DNA of 64,000 nucleotides from a virus: IMG/VR virus record IMGVR_UViG_3300045988_076685, positions 117,466 to 181,465 of that record; one strand, 5' to 3'. Shown piece by piece: positions 57,920 to 64,000 of this stretch (position 1 is its first letter; each line of letters starts with the position of its first letter). The notes under the pieces were generated by a model. It saw only the letters and a program-made list of their open reading frames with translations, ran no database searches and was not told where the DNA came from. The position numbers and the translations under genes were made by a program.

Positions 57920-58309
57920 TTACAATAAACCTAAATATTTAATATCAGTACTAACTACTTCTCTATGTTTGTAGTTGACATAGATAGTAGCACCAACTGG
58001 AATTTCAAATATTCCTATATCATTATCATCTTGGTTATGCCAAGCTGCCTCTTCAGTTAAATATGAATGATAACCTCTATGTATATCAAAATTATCTTTA
58101 CCTATAAATTTAATCCAACCCATACGAGAATAATAAGTTCTTATAAATTCAGGGGTTATTTCTACTGTAGGTACAGTCCTGGATTTATAGTATATAAAAT
58201 CTTGATATAAACTTATAAAATTATCTGAAGTCGTTGACATACCTACTTTATAAACTTTCAAAGGCTTCTTTAATACAATCGGAATTGCCATATAATTTGA
58301 CCAACACAT
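57920..58309 (-). CDS. MCW-family paralog 2
   Basis: 129 aa; starts MCWSNY; LKVYKVG and FEIPVGATIYVN...VVSTDIKYLG blocks. Confidence 0.5.
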   Translation of the reverse strand: MCWSNYMAIPIVLKKPLKVYKVGMSTTSDNFISLYQDFIYYKSRTVPTVEITPEFIRTYYSRMGWIKFIGKDNFDIHRGYHSYLTEEAAWHNQDDNDIGIFEIPVGATIYVNYKHREVVSTDIKYLGLL

Positions 58310-58319
58310 AACTTAATTA

Positions 58320-58628
58320 TTAAAGAAATAACCTAAATCGAGGAGAATAATCCTTTTCTCTAAAAGTTCTGTTTCTAGCTAAACAGATAACTCTTTGAAA
58401 TGTTAGAGTATCCCTCTTTAAATGCCATAATTTACCAAACTTATCTTTAGTTAATTTATAATGTCCCTCATTAATTACCCATTTACGAGGTTCATCACAA
58501 GCATCAACTTGTATAGGATAAGTCAATACCATATCGCCATTAAGTACATCAAATTCGATATATTCACAGTCATCTGGTATTTTAACTAACTTATCTTTAC
58601 CATTATAATCATATATACGTATAATCAT
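58320..58628 (-). CDS. hypothetical protein
   Basis: 102 aa ORF. Confidence 0.4.
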   Translation of the reverse strand: MIIRIYDYNGKDKLVKIPDDCEYIEFDVLNGDMVLTYPIQVDACDEPRKWVINEGHYKLTKDKFGKLWHLKRDTLTFQRVICLARNRTFREKDYSPRFRLFL

Positions 58629-58846
58629 TATTTAAATAATTCCACAACCCTCCAATAAAGAATTGTATGATGAATACTATATTGTAATATCCAAAATAAC
58701 AATAGAAGTGTACTATACGTTCCTATTCCAAAACTATAAAATAGTCGTTTATCTGAATAACTGGAACTAGTATACAATCCCATAAATATAGCAATATAAA
58801 GTATTATCATAAATATAGCCATTATTAATTGAATAAACCAAGGCAT
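58628..58846 (-). CDS. small membrane protein
   Basis: 72 aa, two TM helices. Confidence 0.35.
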   Translation of the reverse strand: MPWFIQLIMAIFMIILYIAIFMGLYTSSSYSDKRLFYSFGIGTYSTLLLLFWILQYSIHHTILYWRVVELFK

Positions 58847-58848
58847 AA

Positions 58849-59070
58849 TTATTTATATGTATTGGCATCCAAATCAATAGCGGTCATTCCTTCTCTAAAT
58901 TTGGAATAAATAACTATTTTATGAGGTCTCTTTTTAGAATCATACATTATTTCTAATGTTTTGTTCTCATAAGCCCAGCTTCTCTTACCTGTCCATGTAT
59001 CAGGATAATTATAACTATTAACTAAAGTAACAGTTAATAGTAATCCTATAATTAATAATATTTTTTTCAT
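58849..59070 (-). CDS. small secreted protein
   Basis: 73 aa; signal peptide MKKILLIIGLLLTVTLVNS. Confidence 0.4.
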   Translation of the reverse strand: MKKILLIIGLLLTVTLVNSYNYPDTWTGKRSWAYENKTLEIMYDSKKRPHKIVIYSKFREGMTAIDLDANTYK

Positions 59071-59504
59071 AATTTTATATATTTACCTGTGTAACGAATT
59101 TTATTAGATACTATTACACCTTCTTCGTTTGTAAAATATACAGAACCTGAAGGAATTATAAAGGTAGCTAAATATAAAGAATTGTCTACTCTAAATATTT
59201 CCTTACGACTTCCACACTGTATAGTTTTTACACAACCTCCATAGATATCTGGTACTATTGAATCACATACAAAATTTACAGAAGAGTAACTATGATAACC
59301 TTCTGTAATCTTTGCAAAAATTGAACGAGGTTCAATAGTTACCCCTAAAGTTAAAGAAGGTTGTATATCTTTTGAATAGTAAGTATATTCCATAAATGGA
59401 GATACACAATATTTCCTATTGGCGTTTTTAACTACTTTATATACATTAATATCTTCTTTAGCTGTTTGAGCTTTTAATTTACTAATATTACAAGTCCAAC
59501 ACAT
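59067..59504 (-). CDS. MCW-family paralog 3
   Basis: 145 aa; starts MCWTCN; INVYKVV, FIIPSGSVYFTN...IVSNKIRYTGKYIKL. Confidence 0.5.
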   Translation of the reverse strand: MCWTCNISKLKAQTAKEDINVYKVVKNANRKYCVSPFMEYTYYSKDIQPSLTLGVTIEPRSIFAKITEGYHSYSSVNFVCDSIVPDIYGGCVKTIQCGSRKEIFRVDNSLYLATFIIPSGSVYFTNEEGVIVSNKIRYTGKYIKL

Positions 59505-59508
59505 AATT

Positions 59509-59937
59509 TTACAGTTTTAAACATTTTCCAGTATATATTATTTGATTAGAAACAATTTCACCTCTCCAATTTACAGCATACTGAGAACCCTTAGGGATTA
59601 TAAATGTAGCTACGTAATAAGAATTAGTGAATGACATTGGTGCTAAGCAATTACCAACAATAATTCCTCTAGTCTTATTATGAAACTTTCTAAGTGTATG
59701 TTGTATTTTAGTGTAGCTATGATATGCTTTTTCTATATACATTATAATAGAATTCCAAACATATGCTTTTTTAATTTGCATAGAAGGTATTCTATATGTG
59801 ATATTAGCTTCATACATAAAGCCTATAATACCTGATTTACAATATTGTTTACCAGCTCTCATAACTAGTTTGTAGACTTCAATATCTTTATCAGCTATTT
59901 GTATATCTACAGCTTCTTTTCTTTCTGTCCAACACAT
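59509..59937 (-). CDS. MCW-family paralog 4
   Basis: 142 aa; starts MCWTER; IEVYKLV, FIIPKGSQYAVN...IVSNQIIYTGKCLKL. Confidence 0.5.
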   Translation of the reverse strand: MCWTERKEAVDIQIADKDIEVYKLVMRAGKQYCKSGIIGFMYEANITYRIPSMQIKKAYVWNSIIMYIEKAYHSYTKIQHTLRKFHNKTRGIIVGNCLAPMSFTNSYYVATFIIPKGSQYAVNWRGEIVSNQIIYTGKCLKL

Positions 59938-59941
59938 AATA

Positions 59942-60379
59942 CTATATTTTTACATATTTACCTGTATAAATAATGTTAGAAGAAACTAATTCTCCATTAG
60001 AATTCTCATAATATGTAGAACCTTTAGGTATAATGAAAGTAGCTATATAATAATCATTATATAACCCTATACGTTCCATAATATTACCTAATAAAATAAA
60101 TCTAAAAGAAAATCCTATCCTATTAAAAGGTAGAGATATATCTTTATAAGAATGATAACCTGAGTAAATTTTTCCTAAATCAGAGGATGATAATTGAGGT
60201 AATTTTACTCCACATGTTATAGGAACTAAAGTAATTACTTTATTTAATCCTTTTGGATAATACCCATAACTTTGATATAAACTTAGAAATTTTTTAGAAT
60301 TCTCAAGCACATACCCTAGTTTATATACTACAATATCTCTTTCTGCTAAAAAAGCAGGACCTTTACCTATCCAACACAT
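59942..60379 (-). CDS. MCW-family paralog 5
   Basis: 145 aa; starts MCWIGK; IVVYKLG, FIIPKGSTYYEN...LVSSNIIYTGKYVKI. Confidence 0.5.
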   Translation of the reverse strand: MCWIGKGPAFLAERDIVVYKLGYVLENSKKFLSLYQSYGYYPKGLNKVITLVPITCGVKLPQLSSSDLGKIYSGYHSYKDISLPFNRIGFSFRFILLGNIMERIGLYNDYYIATFIIPKGSTYYENSNGELVSSNIIYTGKYVKI

Positions 60380-60390
60380 AATTAACTAAT

Positions 60391-60684
60391 TTATTTTGTC
60401 CATTCTGAATCAATATCAAGAAGTCTAAATACACCTCTAATAGTATATGCAAGATGCTCACTAGAATCCATATTTTTATAAACTTGGTAAGCTAATTCGG
60501 CATACTCTTTCTTTTCAAATCGCAAAGCTCTAAATAATCCATTATCAGAACTAACATAATAGCCATGTTCATCTTTACTAACATTATATTCAGACTTTTT
60601 ATTAAGTTTTGTACATAATGCATTATACATTGCATTTTGCTCTCTTGGACTTAGTGAATCAATAATTTTATTTATATTTTCCAT
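60391..60684 (-). CDS. hypothetical protein
   Basis: 97 aa ORF. Confidence 0.4.
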   Translation of the reverse strand: MENINKIIDSLSPREQNAMYNALCTKLNKKSEYNVSKDEHGYYVSSDNGLFRALRFEKKEYAELAYQVYKNMDSSEHLAYTIRGVFRLLDIDSEWTK

Positions 60685-60775
60685 ATGTTAATGTGTATTT
60701 AATTAAACAATAAAAGAGCCTAACTAGATTAACTAATTAGACTCTCTAAAATGTAATAATATGATAAAAGAATAG

Positions 60776-60849
60776 TGGGGAAGTACAGACTTGAACTGTA
60801 GACCTTCTGATTATGAGTCAGCTGCTCTAACCGACTGAGCTACAACCCC
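60776..60849 (-). tRNA. tRNA with CAU anticodon (Met or Ile2)
   Basis: D arm UAGCUCAGUCGGUUAGAGC, anticodon loop CUCAUAA, T arm uacagUUCAAGUcugua; acceptor GGGGUUG/CUUCCCC has two U-U mismatches. Confidence 0.5.
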
Positions 60850-61059
60850 GAAGATGTGTCTGAGGGTCGTTAATCCTCTCCTTTCTCAATCAAGAGAACG
60901 TTGCAACTTGCCACTAAGACACACTGTTTTTGAGTTTTTGTAAGTCCTCCGACTTATTAAAGTTTTCGCACAATTTTGATAAGAGTTCTACTTTCACAAG
61001 CAAACCTCTTTGAGCCTTATTCAATAATTTAAAAATTATATAAAATGTATGATAGAAAG

Positions 61060-61140
61060 GAAATGCGGACAGATTCGAACTGCCAACCTCTGAGTTCATA
61101 TACTCAGCGCTCTACCCACTGGACTTGAGCTACACATTTC
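61060..61140 (-). tRNA. aberrant tRNA-like gene (8-nt anticodon loop)
   Basis: Good T arm ggcagUUCGAAUcuguc; AU-rich 8-bp acceptor GAAAUGUG/CGCAUUUC; 14-nt D loop; anticodon stem cugag/cucag encloses 8 nt UAUAUGAA. Confidence 0.35.
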
Positions 61141-61350
61141 TATTTATACTAGTATTGCTATATAGCCTTATTTAAAAACTCATACTACTTTCACAAGCAA
61201 TGTGAGTTAGCTTTTAGTCACCCTTGACTAGACATAGATAATTACAAGAAATTCATCAATTTTCACAAATTAATGAATTAATATGAGTTTAAAACACTCA
61301 TAGATACTCAAATAACCATTTTATCATAATGTAATATCTTAAATAAACCA

Positions 61351-61455
61351 CTTAAATAAAGGGATTCGAACCCTTAATCCTCAAGAAATATTTAGTGACG
61401 ACTTTAGAGGCGCTTCCGTCAATCTACTGCCGTATACCAGTTCCGCCATATTTAA
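61351..61455 (-). tRNA. over-long tRNA-like element (about 105 nt)
   Basis: Canonical T arm aagggUUCGAAUcccuu and AU-rich acceptor UUAAAUA/UAUUUAA, but the internal 70 nt do not fold into standard D/anticodon arms; possible insertion-containing or degenerate tRNA. Confidence 0.25.
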
Positions 61456-61470
61456 GTTAGTTTATTATTG

Positions 61471-61556
61471 TAGCTCAGACAAGAATCGAACTTGCACGAC
61501 CATTCCTGGTCAAGGGATTTTAAGTCCCTCGTGTCTACCAATTCCACCACTGAGCC
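61471..61556 (-). tRNA. tRNA-Leu (anticodon UAA), type II
   Basis: Acceptor GGCUCAG/CUGAGCU (G1-U72), D arm GGUGGAAUUGGUAGACAC, anticodon arm aggga-cuUAAaa-ucccu, variable hairpin gaccaggaauggucg, T arm gcaagUUCGAUUcuugu. Confidence 0.7.
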
Positions 61557-61639
61557 AGATAGCAACTAATTATCTGCTAGTTGCCAACAATATTTGTTGA
61601 AAAAAATAAACATGTCGTCTTAATACTATGTTCTTTATA

Positions 61640-61999
61640 TTATAATTGTTTTAACATGTTTGTAGCTATATGTAATGAAATATCCACAGTTGTATGAATA
61701 TCATCATTTAATTTTAAGATATATGTATTATTTTCATCATTCTTTCTAGTTATTTCAGATATGTATTTATGATTTATCAAAAATCCTTGTGTTGCAAGAA
61801 TAAAATCAATACATAAAACATGTGTAATATCTTTTAATGAACAACACACATCAATTTTATAGCCATGAACGTCTATTATAGTACTATATTTACCAGATGT
61901 TTTTATACATACAATGTCGTTTATGTTTATTTGTCTGTATTCTCGTCCCTTAAATACTAAAAATGTATCGGAGTCAATTTGTATTGTTTTTATTTCCAT
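61640..61999 (-). CDS. hypothetical protein
   Basis: 119 aa ORF. Confidence 0.4.
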   Translation of the reverse strand: MEIKTIQIDSDTFLVFKGREYRQININDIVCIKTSGKYSTIIDVHGYKIDVCCSLKDITHVLCIDFILATQGFLINHKYISEITRKNDENNTYILKLNDDIHTTVDISLHIATNMLKQL

Positions 62000-62004
62000 A
62001 TCTT

Positions 62005-62394
62005 TTAACCCATAATAAAACGAGCATCTACAATATTTTCAGGATGATAGATAGTTTTAACTAATCCTTTCATCGCCCATTTCACAACATCAGAATGTTT
62101 AACTCCACTTTTAAGTTCATGATAGAACATTAAATCATAAGCTTCTCCACTTTTGAAAGTTACTTTGATTTTAAATGTAGGCTTTTCATCATTTCTAATA
62201 AGCTCATCCATTTCTTCATCAGTTACCATGTAACTGAACAGAGGATTAGAAAGATGTTCTTTTTTGTACTCTTCTTCAAGTTTAGCTAAATTTAATTTTG
62301 CACACTTGAATACATTTTTACAACCAAACTTCTTAGCACTTTCTATTTGTGCTATTAAATTGGTTTTACTAACAAAATAATCTTGTCTTGTCAT
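62005..62394 (-). CDS. hypothetical protein
   Basis: 129 aa ORF. Confidence 0.4.
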   Translation of the reverse strand: MTRQDYFVSKTNLIAQIESAKKFGCKNVFKCAKLNLAKLEEEYKKEHLSNPLFSYMVTDEEMDELIRNDEKPTFKIKVTFKSGEAYDLMFYHELKSGVKHSDVVKWAMKGLVKTIYHPENIVDARFIMG

Positions 62395-62582
62395 AATTTA
62401 TCTATAATTAATGTGTTAATAATCTATTTAAATAATAGGCGATTTTCACTGGTTATATTTAAACTATTCCATTGTCCTCAGCTATCTAACGTTCTTTCTC
62501 TTTTTAACCCAAATGATTAATTTTAAGGTAATTACGCTATTTAATAGAGTTACTGAGAGTTGTTTAGTACCTATTAAAATTG

Positions 62583-62653
62583 TTGGACTACCCAGATTCG
62601 AACTGGGGCTGACAGAACCAAAATCTGTAGTGCTACCATTACACCATAGTCCA
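62583..62653 (-). tRNA. tRNA-Gln (anticodon UUG)
   Basis: Acceptor UGGACUA/UAGUCCA (U1-A72 as in bacterial tRNA-Gln), anticodon arm acaga-uuUUGgu-ucugu, T arm cccagUUCGAAUcuggg. Confidence 0.75.
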
Positions 62654-62659
62654 ATATAG

Positions 62660-62747
62660 CGGAGAAAGAAGGATTCGAACCTTCGAGCCATATAACATGA
62701 CCAGCACCTTAGCAGGGTGCCGCTTTAGACCACTCAGCCATTTCTCC
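62660..62747 (-). tRNA. tRNA-Ser (anticodon GCU), type II
   Basis: Acceptor GGAGAAA/UUUCUCC, G73, anticodon arm gcacc-cuGCUaa-ggugc, 19-nt variable arm, T arm gaaggUUCGAAUccuuc. Confidence 0.75.
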
Positions 62748-63064
62748 AACAAGGGATTTGATATTTCAATTGCTGTTCCCTTCTTCAATTGATTTATAAC
62801 TTCAATTGATATAATTCAGCAATAATAATCTGTACCAAACAAGTTAGGACCACCTGTTTAAATCACATTATTATCCATCATTAATTATCTCCAGCTCTCA
62901 TCTCTCTATCCACGAGCAAGTCACAATGTAATTATCGGTATAGTCCTAGTTTTCAACCTTCTTACATTCGTACAATAAATTTATATCTATCGTATGTTCA
63001 GATATTAATGATGTTGAGTTTCTCATTCTTTTATTCATTCTCAGCAGAGATCTCTTGACTACCA

Positions 63065-63140
63065 TGGGGTCACGCTAGGGATTCGAACCCTGTACTGTAG
63101 TCTCACAAACTACCGTGTTACCAGTTACACTAGACGGACC
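63065..63140 (-). tRNA. tRNA-His-like (anticodon GUG) with G-1 and encoded CCA but mismatched acceptor
   Basis: Anticodon arm guagu-uuGUGag-acuac, extra 5' G opposite C73, 3' CCA encoded; positions 4-6 of the acceptor stem do not pair (three mismatches), so possibly a pseudogene. Confidence 0.45.
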
Positions 63141-63246
63141 ATAAAAGCTTCCTATCTTCACAGACCAGAAGCCTAACAACTCTTTAACGTTATAAAGTCC
63201 GCTGACTTTATATTTTAAACATTAATCGTATTAGTCTTACTAAAAA

Positions 63247-63319
63247 TATGAATTAGTAGCACTAACGAGACTCGGACTCGTTTTTCCATCTTGAAAGAAT
63301 GGCGTCCTAACCAGGTAGA
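63247..63319 (-). tRNA. tRNA-Glu (anticodon UUC)
   Basis: Acceptor GGCACUA/UAGUGCU (G1-U72), anticodon arm ccauu-cuUUCaa-gaugg, T arm acgag-UCCGAGU-cucgu (C at position 55). Confidence 0.65.
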
Positions 63320-63416
63320 CGATAGTGCCAAGTAGATTCTCTATCTATCACAGACCAAGAATCTTTGATTTTTGTTAAATTTTAAATTCTTATTAAAACG
63401 AAAAATAGATGTGGAG

Positions 63417-63489
63417 TGTTCCCTACGAGATTTGAACTCGTGACCCACAGATTAAAAATCTGTTGCTCTGCCAACTGAGCTAAGGGAAC
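63417..63489 (-). tRNA. tRNA-Lys (anticodon UUU)
   Basis: Acceptor GUUCCCU/AGGGAAC, D arm UAGCUCAGUUGGCAGAGC, anticodon arm acaga-uuUUUaa-ucugu, T arm acgagUUCAAAUcucgu. Confidence 0.8.
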
Positions 63490-63497
63490 TAATTTTG

Positions 63498-63587
63498 CAT
63501 ACGGAGTAGGATTCGAACCCACGTTGTTCAACTCTCGTCTCTGTAGGTTTTGGAGACCTACCCTTTCGACCACTCAGGCATCCGTAC
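63498..63587 (-). tRNA. tRNA with Trp anticodon (CCA) on a type-II, Ser-like body, G73
   Basis: Acceptor GUACGGA/UCCGUAU, Ser/Tyr-style D arm ccu-gaguggucgaa-agg, anticodon arm (g)uaggu-CUCCAAA-accua(c) identical in loop to bacterial tRNA-Trp, 20-nt variable region, T arm gugggUUCGAAUccuac. Confidence 0.55.
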
Positions 63588-63591
63588 ATAG

Positions 63592-63664
63592 TGGAGACAC
63601 GTGGAATCGAACCACAATCTCGGGATTTTCAGTCCCGCGCTCTGACCTTCTGAGCTATATCTCC
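63592..63664 (-). tRNA. tRNA-Phe (anticodon GAA)
   Basis: Acceptor GGAGAUA/UGUCUCC, D arm UAGCUCAGAAGGUCAGAGC, anticodon arm cggga-cuGAAaa-ucccg, T arm uguggUUCGAUUccacg. Confidence 0.75.
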
Positions 63665-63907
63665 ATAGCCCACATTTCTGTAAGGAGAATAGTGGTAACA
63701 CCTACCCATACTAATAGATTTATTAGTCAGGATTATTATACACATTAACAATATATTAATTTCTATTAAAATGATAGGGTCTTCTCAAATCATGGCTGGT
63801 GATTGTAGAAATTCTACATAAATGAGCATTTTAAACGAAACTATTGATAGTTAGCCAATCTATCTAATAGCTGAAGATTTCACCTCCATCCTATCAAATT
63901 GAATTTG

Positions 63908-63990
63908 TACGGTAGAAAGGATTCGAACCAATGACCTTCTCGAAATGACCTATTATAAAAGAGATGCTCTAGCCACTGAGCTACTACCGT
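63908..63990 (-). tRNA. aberrant tRNA-like gene with insertions
   Basis: Good acceptor ACGGUAG/CUACCGU and D arm gcuc-aguggcua-gagc, but no 7-nt anticodon loop (ucuc...gaga stem encloses 21 nt) and the T arm carries a 7-nt insertion with an 8-nt direct repeat AGGUCAUU. Confidence 0.3.
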
Positions 63991-64000
63991 AAGTACTAGT

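Noticed and set aside
60914-61099. Minus-strand 61-aa ORF between two tRNA genes
   Set aside because: Region contains inverted repeats and the duplicated promoter-like motif; the translation has no features, so it is left uncalled.
62482-62691. Minus-strand 69-aa ORF
   Set aside because: Overlaps tRNA-Gln and tRNA-Ser; tRNA genes are far better supported.
63382-63748. ORFs 63382..63573 (-) and 63524..63748 (+)
   Set aside because: Overlap the tightly packed Lys/Trp-like/Phe tRNA cluster.
1-64000. Possibility of stop-codon recoding (UAG or UGA reassignment) and suppressor tRNAs
   Set aside because: All sizeable genes are intact under the standard code, and no tRNA with a CUA, UCA or UUA anticodon was found among the hand-folded genes.
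1-64000. Prophage integration features (integrase, att repeats) and CRISPR arrays
   Set aside because: No tyrosine or serine recombinase signature, no direct repeats flanking the tmRNA or tRNAs, and no regularly spaced repeat-spacer arrays were seen.

Overview
This 64 kb window is AT-rich (about 30% GC) and densely packed. It reads as one contiguous stretch of a large tailed dsDNA phage genome, probably from an anaerobic, low-GC host (Bacteroidota- or crAss-like flavour). Every credible gene (about 110 CDS) and every RNA gene lies on the minus strand. Many neighbouring genes overlap by 1-4 nt, which suggests translational coupling.

Recognisable content falls into four groups.

- **Replication and nucleotide metabolism (1-32 kb):** ATP-dependent DNA ligase, dUTPase, a Dda/RecD-like SF1 helicase, two metallophosphatases, the anaerobic ribonucleotide reductase NrdD with its radical-SAM activase NrdG and a thioredoxin, a HAD-family deoxyribonucleotidase, a TOPRIM primase-like protein, a DnaB-family helicase, a P-loop ATPase, an SF2 DEAH helicase, an SSB-like protein and RNase H.
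- **NAD+-related cassette (29-32.3 kb):** a Prs-like enzyme, a macro domain, a NAMPT-like phosphoribosyltransferase and an HD-like protein, with no NMN adenylyltransferase in the window. This matches the recently described NARP1 NAD+ reconstitution anti-defence pathway, here with an unusual inserted macro domain.
- **RNA genes:** two minus-strand tRNA arrays (35.1-36.8 kb and 57.7-64 kb, about 20 tRNAs) and a phage-encoded tmRNA (43.94-44.27 kb). Several tRNAs are non-canonical. Two have type-II (long variable arm) bodies with G73 discriminators but carry Asn (GUU) and Trp (CCA) anticodons, which looks like anticodon-shift remoulding. Others have 8-nt anticodon loops, insertions or mismatched acceptor stems.
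- **Accessory region (44-60 kb):** a phage-encoded flotillin (SPFH) protein paired with an AAA+ ATPase, then many small unknown ORFs (lipoproteins, membrane proteins, a five-member MCW paralog family, and a tandem-repeat protein).

Strong intrinsic terminators follow the GC-rich, probably highly expressed genes. No integrase, CRISPR array or stop-codon recoding signal was seen.
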